From contig CM068754.1 of NCBI GenBank assembly GCA_035084275.1, forward strand, positions 14,446,001-14,510,000: a DNA stretch of 64,000 nucleotides, written 5' to 3'. Below, piece by piece: positions 1 through 12,825 of this stretch. Position numbers and translations under genes: made by a program. Numbering within the stretch: position 1 is the stretch's first letter; each line of letters starts with the position of its first letter. The stretch is from Hydrolagus colliei. Its lineage: Eukaryota. Below the pieces are notes generated by a model that was not told the origin of the DNA, searched no databases, and saw only the letters and a list, made by a program, of their open reading frames with translations.

Positions 1-487
1 ATAGTAAAGGCCTTTGCTCAAGCTCCAGGCAAGGTAACTGCTTCACCTGATAATAGGCCAGGGACAGCAGTTGGTAGATTAGACGGAGTGACTGGCAGCA
101 GTCGAGAGTAAGAGCTCCTTCTCCACAGCATCTAGCCTCAACTTATTGTGCAGAGCCCTGCTAAAACTGTCAACCTCCCTGGCATCACCGAGATGACGGA
201 TGTTTAGAAGACAAATAAGTACTTGTTAAGATAGGAATCAGAACAGGGAAGAAAATTGATGGAGGCAGATGAACGCCAATCTTGCTGACAGGCTGCAGAG
301 TGCTAAACAGGAAAGGGAAAAAAAAAGATATGTGTTTATCCTTTTTTAAAAAAAATCTGATGGTCTCACTAATGGCAATGTTACACTGCACCTAGCAGTT
401 TGACACCAGTTTGAGTTGTGCTGCCCCACAGAACAGGAGACCACAGATCTCTCCATGCAGCCACAGACTGTCCTGTAAATTGTGCGT

Positions 488-505
488 TCTCTCTCTCTCT
501 CTCTC
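488..505. repeat. (TC)9 microsatellite
   Basis: Direct reading. Confidence 0.9.
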
Positions 506-961
506 AATTTCACTTTGGATTTGGTTTCTATTTGCTGCTATCTGAAGGCCACCGAAGTGTTGAGGTATCCTATTTTGCGGAGCAGTCAAATTAATCCCAG
601 TGTGTTCCCAGTGGTTTGGTCATTGCATGCTGAAGGCAGAAGATGCCAAAATGATTAACAGTGAGACTGATCTCTGCTTTCTCTTTCTGGTTTGTTGCTA
701 CTTCACACATTTACAACTCAATCTGAAATTCAAAGGTGACCAATTGCACCTGGACCATTGTTGCCGTGGATCTCAGGACAATCTCCACTTCTCTTCTAAT
801 TAGTGCCTGAAAAACATCTCAGGATACCGGGTGGACATTACAAGATGTTTAATACCTATCAGGTATTTGAAATGTCAGTTTGACATTTCATCTGAAGCAC
901 AGCAACCCTGACAAGCTCGTTCCGGGTATGTCATTGGAGTCAGTTTACATATACAGTATAT

Positions 962-1204
962 AGTTTGGGACACAGTATGTCAAGCCACTGCCAGGATGTT
1001 GGAAGACAAACTAGATGAACATAAGAATGTAAGAATAAGGAGCAGGAGTAGGCTACTTGGCCCCTCGAGCCTGCCCCACCATTCAATAAGATCATGGTTG
1101 ATCTTCTAATCTAACTCCAACTGTCCGCCTTATCCCCATATCCCTTAATCCCTTAATCCACAGATGGATTTTAGTCTTCTTTCGCTTAGCAAATTCTTAT
1201 GTTC
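962..1204 (+). mobile_element. CR1-type LINE 3' fragment with 8-bp target-site duplication CAGTATAT, itself interrupted
   Basis: Ends in the CR1-type tail ...gcaaattcttatgttc. CAGTATAT occurs at 954-961 and 1205-1212. Confidence 0.65.
1018..1160 (-). mobile_element. CR1 3' UTR fragment
   Basis: aacataagaatgtaagaataaggagcaggagtaggc...attcaataagatcatggttgatc is a typical chondrichthyan CR1 3' end. A related copy lies at 44910-44990. Confidence 0.75.
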
Positions 1205-3505
1205 CAGTATATCAGTCTGGAGCATTCAAAGTTCCAACGTGGACTAAACCTAAACCTTATCACTCAAGCAAGAGTCAGGACTGACATTTAATTTGACCTA
1301 ATTTGAGGGTCTAGATTGACTTGATTTTCTTAGCTTTTCAGAGCATCAAGAATTGCCCAATTTTCCACATTTGTGGCTAAAGCTTATTAGGTTTTCTTGT
1401 GAATCGAATGAATTCAAAACCCTTTGAACAATCAGGTAGTTTGAAAGTTCTCCCTTTAATCTCAGAAGTGTAGTTGAATCAAAAGGATTCTCGGTTGATG
1501 CATTCGATAACGTGAAAAGATTTTAAGACCTAAATTTCAAAAGTAATTACTCCACTTCCAGCTGATCTCTCTGGTGTTGTGGACATGGTTAAACGCCCTT
1601 ATCGCAGCAAACAGGTAAAGAAACATTGCAAATTACCCCCTATAATGTGATACAAAATATTCACTTAACTGTAAAACTCAAGGGGATTGTAAGAAAAAAG
1701 CAAATTCTCAAGTGTTTCCAGTGTAGAAACCACATTGGTCGAGTTAACTTGCTAACCCAAGAGCACAGACATTTTACAGCGTTTCTTTGATGTAATGACG
1801 ACTAGTTTGACACTTAAATGATGGCTAAACTGTAATAATCATTGATTGATTTGCTTTTTAAGGTTGCAGTTTATGATTGTTTCATGGGGTCCAGAACCTG
1901 AAGCAGCCTTCATTTTAAAGCGCGCATTGTAACAGCGTGGGTTTAAAGAAATAAGCAATATTTCCTACTGGAGGTTCTGTTGCCATTTATCTTGAAAATG
2001 GCTTCATTTGTTATCCGACGTTGTAAAGTCTCCTGCAGAACTCGAAACCAAATGCAGAGCCATTTATCATGAGTTCAGTTTTATTAGAAATGAGGCTTTT
2101 GAAACATCTTTGCTACATAAGTAGTAAATTTAAGGTCAAACTTTACAATGAGAATGGTCTATGATTTTTTGAGGAGACTGTCTTTCAATAAGAAGCCCGG
2201 AGGCAGGTAGCTCCTACAAATCACTATTTCCAGCACTGGCTTCTGCAAACATATTGTACGAGGTTAGATAAGTGAATTTGGATTTGGGGGGAATTTTTAA
2301 TGGAGAGGAGGTTCATTCACTGGTAAATTCCCATGTGCTGTGGGATTAAAATTTAAAAAAGTTTTCAGAGCAGCAGTGGGCTGATTGGTTTTGGAATATT
2401 AATTAACTGTGGACAGTGCTCCCATGTTTTTTTTGAGCTGGGGTTGACAAGAATGATGGCTTTCATTTGCATTCTAAATCACTAGCTGTCCCACAAAGAT
2501 GGACGAGGAACTCTTGTTTCATTTGTCACTTTTGCTCTACATTTTTCTTTGATTGAAAAGGAAAATTAAAAGTAAACTCGAACGAAAGATATAATATATA
2601 CATATGTATGAGAAATCCTTGTAAAGTGAAATTGTCTCAGAATGAAGTGAAGGTTATTGGAAGGGGGAGATGAGAAAACTTACTTTTCGGTAAACAGAGA
2701 AGCCAAACGGTCCTCGTGGTTTCCTCCTTTGGATATTTAATCCTTTTGTTCAGCAAAGATATCCACATGAAATTAATTGGATTGATGAAGGTGAGAAGGA
2801 TCACTTTGACAATAGACAATGAAGATTAATACACACCATGCTAATGCCTCCTACCCCTTCCCCCTCCCTACCTCCTATACAAGTAGCTGTTCTCACTGGA
2901 GACCCCAATTGAAAAACAACACTACAATTAAAAAGCCATTTGAAGCAGGAATTGCCACAGAGGAAAAATATCAAGAATCCCCTATTGTAAAATGTAGAAT
3001 GGCGAGTGGCTGGAAATGGGTGATAAAGTTATTTACTCTTGGGATTCAGATAACGTTACATATTCGAGAGCAAAGCTGCAGTGTTTAATCATCTCAATCC
3101 GAAAATGAAATTACATCTTAATATCACTCTATCATCTATAATTGTTTTGTAATCTAAACTGTGGCTTTAATCAAATGAGAATAATGTTGGCGATAGATAA
3201 TAATTGTTGAACTCACATTGATGTAAAAGTGAGGGGGGCAATTTTAGTGTCATTTTTTGCACAATAATATGGATGGATAGCCACAGATGTATTTTATGGG
3301 TACATTACTATTATCTTGTGTTTCCTAAAGTAGAAGTAACAAGATAATAAAGAGACTGGTAGATGGTGTACGGTTGTCTGTTTATTTCATAACCAACCAA
3401 ACATTTTGATCAATTCAAATGGCGGTGTCCAATATGTGGTGAGAACTACTGGGATACTTTGGTAAGGAGTTGGATCTCTTCTTGGTTACCTGACATACAC
3501 CTCAC

Positions 3506-3818
3506 TCCTGTAGCTCAGTGGTTAGAGCACTCGCCTTACAAGCGTGAGACCTGTGTTTGAATCCAAGCAGATCAGGGCAAAACCTTGGGCAAGTTTCCAT
3601 ACTCCACATGCTCAATAACAATCCAACCCAACACAATAATAAAAATTGGTCATTTTCAATCCACGACTGTTTGTGGGGACACTGCTGTGCGCAATTGGCT
3701 ACCACATTTCACCCACAAATATACAGTCAATTCACTTTACAGTATATTCTTTGAAGCGCTTTGAGTCGTCGATAAGATGTGAATAGCATTATATCAATTG
3801 CAAGGATTATTATTATTA
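3506..3818 (+). mobile_element. Full-length tRNA-derived SINE (Deu-related body, L2-type tail, (TTA)n end)
   Basis: A-box TAGCTCAGTGG, degenerate B-box, body ctgtttgtggggacactgctgtgcgcaattggct, tail gaagcgctttgag...gcaaggattattattatta. Many homologous copies in the window. Confidence 0.9.
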
Positions 3819-5583
3819 CACAGCCAAGTGGGAATTCTGCTCTGAAAATAAATTGCTGGTGGGGAGTTCCTGTAATTCTGAGTGACCTACTTTGTTTCCC
3901 TTATCGGGAATCCTGTTAGAAATCGACCCCACCTCCTCTAATCAATTCAGTGCATTTAGTTTTCAGCAATTGTTGCTCAATCAAGTAATCTTTATGCCAT
4001 ACATATTCTATATTCTGCTGTAATATCTCAGTGATTTGGGTTTGCAGATTGACTCTGAGTTTAGTGGTTTAGCCACGATCCTTCTAAAATGTAAATCACT
4101 TATTATGCCCTGTTCAAATAAATAAAATATTGGCAGGCACTATATATGAATAGACAAAACGACTTGATAACAAAATGTTACGAACCAGGGCTGTCTCGAT
4201 GGCTCGGGCGATCTTGTGTGAAACCTATCAAGCAGAAAAGACGATCCTGTGATCGATCACTAATTTTATATGTGACAGTTGCCGAGCATACGCTGGTAAT
4301 GCTGATATCCTCTGTATATTCCAGGAAGGAAAAGTTATGCTAACTAACCCTTTGCTGTGAAATGCAAGGTTAGACTTTGCTGTGTCGTAGAACAGCAACT
4401 CACAAGTGGAAAGCAGGAGCTCGTGTTGAGTGAACTTGGTGATAGTTTCCCTTTGGGGAAGGAGTGGGTGGGTGGTGGGGAGGGGGAGCAGGGGGCAAAG
4501 TGCATTTAATATTACCCTCGAGCCCCATTGCTTGCCTTGAAGCCTCTCCTCCAGCCAAGACTGTGGATACGTTTACGGATACGTTTACGACGAAGGCCCT
4601 TAATGGCACTTCATTCGTAGCCCCCGGCTGTACAGATGATGCCCCCATGTTTCTTCTATTCTGTGGTGCCCTCTTAAGAAATGTGTCTCTCAACATATTT
4701 TCACACCAAATCGCGCTGAGATCCACACGGCAGAAAGGTGGATGATTCATCTGTGCACACAAGCTCATCCGCTGTCACTTTCATTACCTTGAGTTGTAAA
4801 TTGCATCATTTTAATAGTGTGCTTGACATGACACAAAAGAACAAGAGAGTCCAGATAGTTATTTACAATGTTTAACAACTTGGTATCATGCCAGCTTTTG
4901 GTGAGGCCTGCAACGTTGCTAAGCAACCTCGTGTCATATCAAATAGGTCATTTACTTGGTAAATTGATATTTTTTTCAATGCTACTTTTTTAACTCCATG
5001 CTGACAGGGTTACATTTCGCTTCAACTTTTTCTTTACATCTAAAACGTTTAAAAAAATAATTTTGGGTGGAAATTCAACGGAACTTTTTTTTCCCGCTTG
5101 TCTCACTATTTTGGGGGGGTGAAATGGGGTAGGGATTGAAATGACACCTGGGTCTTAAATTGACCAATTGCAAAATGCAGACTTAATTTCGAAGCTTTTG
5201 ATTTTTGATACTTTCCTTTAAGTACTTGTGAACCCAAATTAAAACTGAATACAACAATTTGCCAAATTCTGGAAATTTGGATAGAAGTTCATCAAAAAGT
5301 CAGTGCCAGTGTTTATCCTCTACATGGGCTTCTCCCCTCCACATCTTTATTTTCTTGTATGTGCATCCTCCTAAGTACGGTTATATAAAAAGCTAGCATT
5401 GTTATCCTGAGAATTTCATCAGTTACCACAAATGCTTGGTTCAAAGTGTCGTTAAGTAAGACAAGCAAGATTTACTTCAGATACGCAAAGCAATGTGATG
5501 CTTCCCATTTGTATAAAGCATGCACACATTCTATAACGCGTCCCATTATATGCCTAATCTGTGTATTTTCTTGTGTCTTTCAG

Positions 5584-5658
5584 CTGTACTTACAGACAAG
5601 GTACCTCAGCTCCTGTTCCCGCTTGAAAACCAACTAAGTGTTGTAGAAGTCCAGCTAG
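5584..5658 (+). CDS. IL1RAPL2: IL1RAPL2-like coding exon (75 bp, phase 1-1; equivalent to mammalian exon 6), Ig2-Ig3 linker: (A)VLTDKVPQLLFPLENQLSVVEVQL
   Basis: Acceptor ttttcttgtgtctttcAG ends 5583; donor G|GTAAGT at 5659. Peptide resembles recalled human IL1RAPL2 ALLTDKPPKPLFPMENQPSVIDVQL. Length and phase join in frame to the exon at 54325. Confidence 0.93.
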
Positions 5659-8600
5659 GTAAGTTCTGGGAAACATGCATTTTTAATTTCTGCTTCATTA
5701 ACAATTGCTGAGTTAACATTTTGCATGGCGAATTTTTGCCCTTGTTTCTTGTTTGCAAATTGGTTTGTCTTGAGCCAATTATGAATGCAGTTTATTGGAG
5801 AATTCACTTTGATCTTACTATATATAGAAAACGATAGTAGCACAAGTTTCAACATTCTCCCTTTTGCCTTTCAAATTTGTATAATACTCATGATTTTAGA
5901 AAAATTCAATCCATTTTCGCTTTCAATCCATTTGCATTCAAAACTGGTTGTTCACATTTCCAAGGGTAGCGAGGATGATGACTGCTTGACCTCTGTGGAC
6001 TCACCCTATATGGGATGTTTAAGTGAGAACCTAGTTCTTATTTATTCAGTGGACTTCATGTCATTCAAAGAAACATTAATTGGATTTTTTTTTAATTACT
6101 ATATTATTCGGTGCATTTTAATAATGATTAATAATCCCTAAAAAAAGGTTTTAGAAGGTGTGAAAAGCATTACGCATATCAAATGCAAGGATTATTATTA
6201 TTTATTATATTTTAATTTGACTTTAAATTGGACTATTTTAGGCTTTTTGTTTTTTCATTTTCGATCGATGAAGGCTGTTATGCTTGGGATTTGGGGATCT
6301 TTTGCCATTCTATCAATGCCTAAAGATGACACTGCAACACCGATTGTCAGTGTTCAGTGTTAACCAACAACACCTAAATAATATTGAAATGCAAGTGATT
6401 AACATGTGACAAAAAGAAATGAGGAAAAAAAACTTGTTTACACAGTAATTTGGCTTGGCTATCTCTTGCTTGGAGCGGTTTCTCTCCACAAACAAACTCG
6501 GTGAAGACGGGAGATTACAGTGGTGACAGAATTTGTGCTGTAAACATTGGAATGATGGATTAATTTAATTGTCATTGTTTGACTTTCTGTGCACATGGAT
6601 TGCTGAATCTTGTCAGAAGTTGCTGGTAGTTCTATCAGGTGGCTCCAGCCAACCGTTTTTCCATATTGCATAACGTGCCGCAAAATTCTGCAGTCAGATC
6701 CAACTGGCAGCAAAGCTCTCTGTTTAGCTTCCAATGTGAGATGTCAAATGGTGTGCAGGGAGCCATTTGACGGTTTAAAGGTGATATTTGTCGTCTGTTT
6801 GGACTTTTTAGAGGAATAATTAGTGATTCTCAGGGAAACATAATTACCTCTTAAGTTACCAGCATGTTTTAATGAGACAGAGGGGTGGGAGCAAGGATAA
6901 AAGAGTCCTAATTACTTCAGAACAGCATAGTTTCTTAGTACTGATGTGACGACTTGAGCAGTTTGTTTTCCCCCAGTTATGCATTCTGCTTGTCTGAAGA
7001 CCTGTCTCAGTTTGTAACTCAGTCTCAAAAACATTTGAAGGTTGAGCTATATCATTGAAAACTTGTCGTTTTGCAAAGAAGCCATTTTCCAAGCATTTTA
7101 AGCCTTTGGAACTTTTTTTTAACAAAAACGCAAAACACAAGCAAATACATTGTTGGTCAAAAAACTGCCATTCCCAATTCTAAACTATAGAATATCAAAT
7201 AACTTTGAGGTGGCTTGCCAGCTACAAACAAGCATAGTGTAAGCTCTTTAATTTTATTAGCCTTTAAAGTTCGAGGAAACGCAACAGAAAAGGTTGATGA
7301 ACTTTGAAAAACACAGATTTTTTTTGTTAATCGATCAAAGCTCAAAACGCTTGGAATGTTGAGGAGTCTTTAAAAGCCAGGAGAGCATAATAATGTAATT
7401 TAAATGCAGGATTTGTTTTAAGGGTTGGTGAGTTCGTTTTTTGAACCCGATGAACCATGTCTTTGTGCCCTTTTCGCTACTGAGGGGAAACTGCAAAGTA
7501 AAATGTGTTCGGTGCATCGGTCGTGTCCACAGAAAAAAGGTGTGAAAAGTTATCTGTTCATTTATATAAAAAACTAAACAACAGCACATAATTGGGGAGG
7601 GTGGGAGATGGGGCAGCGAAAGTACAGTGGGTGCTGCTGATATTTATAGCTTTGTTCATGTGCATCATCTGTTTCATGTAACATGCACACCAGGACGCAA
7701 TTTCAAGTTGGAACTATTGCAGTGACACTAAAACTAATTACAAAGCATACAGCAATCTGAGCAATGTCGCCTTTATCTGCTCATTCTGTAATTTTCTGCT
7801 TGATTGTGATGTTTGAGTCGTAAATGAGTCACGGCTGGCGAAACGTCAGACACGTGGATACAGATCACTCTGCTTTAGCTCTGGCTTTGTAATGCAATTG
7901 AAGTGTAAAGTTGTTTGCGGAAGCTACCACCATTTTTTTTGTTTCCAGTGTGTTACTGGGTTGTATCTGCTCGTCTTGCTATATCCACTGGACCTGAATG
8001 ACTGTTAAACAAAACAATACTAAGATTCCGAAAGCATTATATATTCTTATCATTCTTTCAGCAAAAGTCACGGTCATGCTTTTTAAAAAACAATCTACAA
8101 AATAATTATTTCGCCTCCAATGGCATATAATGTCAGACTAACACAAACAGTGGATTGCGCAAGACCAGAAGAGATCATAGTCTTGAAGACATGTTAAGGC
8201 GTTATATCAAGGATTTCTATATTGGTCCATTTGGCCAGTCTACTAAATTCGGAATGATTATATAATTATCTCAGCAATGAATTCAGTGCAATGCAATTCT
8301 TACATATATTGTATTTGCTCATTTCTCCCCAATAAAGTAACAGTAATAACATCAAATCAACAGCATCTGTCTAAATAATGATGAACTCAGATTACCGCTT
8401 GTCCTGCGGAACAATGCACCATTTGCAACACCTTGGGACATTGTTGGCTGTTTTCATTTGGCAGAACTTTTTATTTCCTTTCAACATCCGCCACGGAATA
8501 CTGGAGGACCTTTACTTATATGCATGAGCTCTGACAGATTGCAGACGAGGGCAGCAAAGTTAATCCCCATTGTTAGATGTGTGACATGGAACTCAGAGAG

Positions 8601-8947
8601 AAAAAAAAGCAACATTAACAAGAAGGCAAAATAGCACTTAAAATAAAGAAAGCACACACACTACTATAACCACATGTGAAAATCTAAGGGCTAATAACTT
8701 GTGACGTTGTAGATAGCTGAACAGTTCCTATAAATAATAAGACCTTCTTTCATCCAGGTCAGTATATATTAACAAAATTCCTTAATGCACTTTATCTAGT
8801 GAAAAGATAGTTGACTGGTATTTTCTCAAACATTTTGATCTTCCTTCAGGTTACTTTTGCATACAATTAGTTCCTTCTCTCTAATGATAAAACGTATCTA
8901 AATGTGTATTCCACGATAAGGTGTGGCACCTAATGCATGCATGTAGT

Positions 8948-9063
8948 GTTTTGCCCACAACAACCCAGTCACTACATTTCACGTTACTGAAAAGCCTTTG
9001 AAGTGCTTTGGAACCTTTTTGACAAAGCGATAAGGCACTGTATCGACAGCATGGATTATTATA
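8948..9063 (+). mobile_element. Decayed SINE 3' tail
   Basis: ttttgcccacaa...gaagtgctttg...gataaggcactgtatc...ggattattat. Confidence 0.6.
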
Positions 9064-10344
9064 ATGATTAAAATTCTGTAAATAATTCAAAAGTCAAGTA
9101 TAAAGTTGAAAGTGCTGCAGTGGCTGTTTTAGTTTGCACCATAACTTGCCAGACCGAATGACCCATCTCTTTGACACTAAAGTAGACATTCATTTTCAAC
9201 TCTGAATTTCTTGACCGGTTCAAAATTTGAGGGTGACTACCACGATTATGTTCTGGAAAGAATCATTCTGCTTTCAGCAAGTGGGATGGAGCGCATAATC
9301 AATTGTTGTAAGACTTCTCAAGCAGAACAATTGCTCAAGCGCAAGTCCCAACAGCTGAAAACTGTCTGGCGTTTCACAGAACATAGACATAATATTGTAT
9401 CTCTTTCACGTGGCATTCTTGTGTAATCTCGATTGGGTCTTGTCTGCTCCAGAAACATACTGCCTGTCCACGAGGTTCTTCCATAGAATTGGGATCAAAC
9501 TGATGAATCCACTTGTTGCGTGATGAATCAGCAAAAGTGAAAGATATTAAGAGTTGTCGCAGTCAGACTTGACTTTTCCTTTTGTTAGGAATGTAGGCCT
9601 GCATCATCACTGTGAAATGGTACTCTTTACTGTAACCTCTGTTCTGCTGAATACAAAAGTTTAACTAAAGTGCAGTATTGAATCATGCCAATGATTGCCT
9701 TGTGACTGAAGACTATGACAGATTTGTGTTGACTTTTTAGTAATTGAGTAATATGAGTTCTACATATGTGAACAGATTTGTAAACTACAGAAAGTATAAA
9801 ATATATTCTGTGCATCATTCCAAAGGAATATAATTTGTGCTACCTAAAATACACTATTGCTATGAGATTTGGTACAATACCTTTTGGAGATGTTTGAGTG
9901 TGGAGGATGGACATTACCTGACCTCTCATACTACCTATAGGGGAGACAGAAGAGAAGGCAAAGTTTCATGCACACATGGTCAAGGAGATGGGTGTGTGAC
10001 TGCTTAGACATTGTACAATGTTCTCTGGACTGCTTATACATCGATGCCTGTGCTCACAGTATAAAAACATCTTCCAGGTCTGATGACATTTCTCACACTG
10101 AAGTGAAATCTGCAGAATTTTTTATTGCACATTTGGCATCTGTGCAATGCACAAGATGGTTCCACACCGGTAGCAAACTACAATATTACTTCCCATAGAT
10201 TAGATAAAAAGTTGGGCTTATCCCAATTCACAGCCATGTATTGCAATGGATCCGTAGGGATGACTTGGATCTGTAATGTATTAAATAAAGTGAATGTAAC
10301 CTACCAATAGTTAAATAATTGATCAACCTTTAATGATTTTATTT

Positions 10345-11397
10345 CCCACAAACACTGTTCCGCAACAGTTTTGTGGGACACTGTTTGGCACAATTGGCTA
10401 CCACGTTTCCCCCACAAACAACAACAACAATTTTGATTTATATAGCGCCCTCCACGCCGGTAGGCATCTCAGAGCGCTTCACAATAGCGGATCCCAGAAC
10501 AGAGCTGGGGGCAGAGGTAAAAAGGTGACCAAAGGTACGGTCGAAGAGAAAGGTCTTCAGCTGGGACCTGAAGCTGAGAAAAGAGGGGACAAGGCAAAGG
10601 TAGTGAGGAAGGGAATTCCAGAGCCTCGGGGCATAGTAGCTAAAGGCACGGCCGCCGAGGGTGGAGCGGAGGATTCGGGGGACATGGAGGAGGCCAGACC
10701 CAGTGGAGCAAAGGCAACAGGAGCTAGTTTGAGGAGAGAAGAGGTCAGAGAGGTAGGGGAGTGCAGAGCAGTGGAGGGATTTGAAAACAAGGGTGAGGAT
10801 CTTGAAGTTGATCCTCTCAGGGATAAGGATAGTGAAGTCTGGCAAGGACTGGGGTAATGGAGGAGTGAAGTCTGGTGCGGCTGAGTATGCAGGCGGCAGA
10901 GTTTTGGATGAATTGGATTTTATGGATTGTGGTGGAGGGGAGACCGGCATGGAGGGCATTTGAATAGTCCAGCCGCGAGGTGACGAAGGCGTGGACGAGG
11001 GTTTCAGCGGCTTTTGGGGTAAGGTATTGCCGGAGGCGGGCGATCCGTCAGAGGTGGAAGAAGGCGATGCTGGTGAGGGACCGGATGTGGGGGAGGAAGG
11101 ACAGTTGGGGGTTGAACCTGACGCCTAGGTTGCGCACAGGTTCGGAGAGTTTCAGGGGGAGACGGGGAAGGTGGAGGAGGTGAGAGCCATGTGAATGGAG
11201 ACGTTGACCAGAGCCGAAGAGCATGGCCTCCATTTTGTCAATATTCAGCTGCAAGAAATTTGCGCTCATCCAGCTCCTGATGTCTGACAGGCAGGCTGAC
11301 AGAACACAAAATATAATCAATTCGCTTTACAGTGAAGAGCTTTAAGATGTCTGAAAAACATGAAAAGCATAATATCAAATGCAACCTTGGTTATTAT
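10345..11397 (+). mobile_element. SINE 3' half split into 10345-10418 and 11305-11397 by an L2 insertion
   Basis: ...gtgggacactg...caattggctaccacgtttcccccacaaa stops at 10418. cacaaaatataatcaattcgctttacagt...tatcaaatgcaa resumes at 11305. Confidence 0.8.
10419..11304 (-). mobile_element. 5'-truncated L2-clade LINE (ORF2 C-terminus with stop and frameshift, 3' tail, (GTT)n)
   Basis: Minus-strand peptides LSACLSDIRSWMSANFLQLNIDK, VRNLGVRFNPQLSF, HAFVTSRLDYSN, ERINFKILTLVFKSLH, GGRAFSYYAPRLWNSLP and FRSQLKTFLF are L2 ORF2 signatures. GC-rich relative to the flanks. Confidence 0.92.
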
Positions 11398-12121
11398 GCA
11401 CTGCTAAGATCACAAAGCAAATCCAAGTTCTGCATTCTATCAGGACCTACAAATAATTGCATTTATATGCCTCCTCACCACCAAGGTTTCTCCATCATTC
11501 ACTTCGGGAACGTTTCTCAATAAAAAGCTCTTTCTCAGAAGAAAGCAATTGTTTTCACATGATGCTCAAACCATTCACTGTTTAATCTTTATCTCCTGTC
11601 ACACTGCTCATTCCAACAAATTCTTATTGCAAGATGTTTACCTTCCAGTTGCTACTGTACTTGCATTTTGCCACTCTCCAAAGCATCTCGGGTAATACTA
11701 AATGGTAAAGAAAGTTTGCTTTGACATGTTTAGATAGTACTACACATACTTGTATTATTCATGGTTCCGTTGCTCGTACTAAAACAAGTAGGCAAATGTC
11801 AAAGATAAACAGTAACATTCGTTCCTTTTAGCAAACAACATAAATGCTTAATAGAAAAGATTGTCTGGTCAGAAAAGGCTTGATATTTTCTCCAACTGAT
11901 AATGCAGAGCACCAGTTGCTAGTGTTTATTACTCATAAATAATAGTTCAGTTTCTATAAAAGTGTTGAATCTATTACCATATTTAGGCCCCCAGAGTAGT
12001 TAAATGTGCACTATGTCAATTATGATGTTTTTTGGTTGCTCAAATATTGTTGAAGGTGCTGAATGGTGCTACAATTCAATCAATGTTGTCTTGCTGGAAA
12101 AAGTCGTTAACATTGTAAATT

Positions 12122-12230
12122 ATTAATAATAATCCTTCCATTAAGATAGAACCTAATTAGGTTGTTGAACGCTTCAAAGTGTTTTGCAGCATTTTACCAT
12201 AAGTGTAATGACTATTTGTCAGCAAACTGG
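12122..12230 (-). mobile_element. Decayed SINE 3' tail
   Basis: taataataatccttccatt...ttcaaagtgttttgcag. Confidence 0.55.
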
Positions 12231-12725
12231 CTCAACTGCTATAGAGAGGTGAACAAGCAGGATAAGGATTAAGCATCTGTGTAATCTATAGACTTTTATC
12301 ATAAGCTGTGGAGGTTGCTAATACCTTCAGGACTGTGATAGTTTTTCGAGTTAGTTAAGATCCATTTACGTGCTGCAAGATTTTCATTACTTGGAATTAA
12401 GAATGTGTCTCTGCTGGTTTAGCTGATTTCATTTTATAATATTCAGTACTAGAAAGGCATGGAATATTTTATATATGGATTGTGATATAGTATATAAAAA
12501 TGGTGCAATGCTGACCGTGATTCACAGTCCAGTCAGGATTTCATCCACATTGGGTTTCCCACAGTGTATCAGCACATGTCAACCTAGCAGTAAAATATGG
12601 AATATTTGGCAAGCTCAAATTCCTGGTCCCAAAGTAAAGCACTCTCTCCTCACTCAGCACCATAGATAGACAGCTTGATTTTAGCCTATCATTCTGCCAG
12701 GGAAATGCACATTAAGTGCACAGGG

Positions 12726-12825
12726 ATTTCAGCCACAAAATATATAGTCAATTCACTTTACAGTATATTCTGTGAAGCACTTTGAGACATGATAATCAAA
12801 TTAAAGGATGATTATTATTATTATT
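12726..12825 (+). mobile_element. Headless SINE tail
   Basis: ccacaaaatatatagtcaattcactttacagtatattctgtgaagcactttgag...(TTA)n. Confidence 0.85.

Larger units (their letters stand above)
830..1285 (-). mobile_element. Old, decayed Deu/SacSINE1-like SINE split by CR1 fragments
   Basis: tttgacatttcatctgaagcacagcaaccctgaca resembles the reverse Deu domain. A tRNA-head-like remnant resumes after 1212. Confidence 0.4.

Noticed and set aside
3506-3580. tRNA genes at SINE heads (also about 19785-19845, 25665-25727, 47508-47580, 53625-53679)
   Set aside because: No acceptor stem or oligo-T terminator, and each runs directly into the SINE body. These are tRNA-derived heads.
4400-4768. Overlapping 122-aa and 93-aa ORFs and a 12-bp tandem duplication (4565-4588)
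   Set aside because: Driven by the G-rich tract; no homology recognised; the duplication is trivial slippage.
5520-5711. Whole ORFs 5520..5711 and 60871..61131 as stand-alone genes
   Set aside because: Only the spliced internal portions are coding; the flanks are intronic.
10333-10857. 174-aa + strand ORF
   Set aside because: Antisense shadow of the GC-rich L2 fragment.
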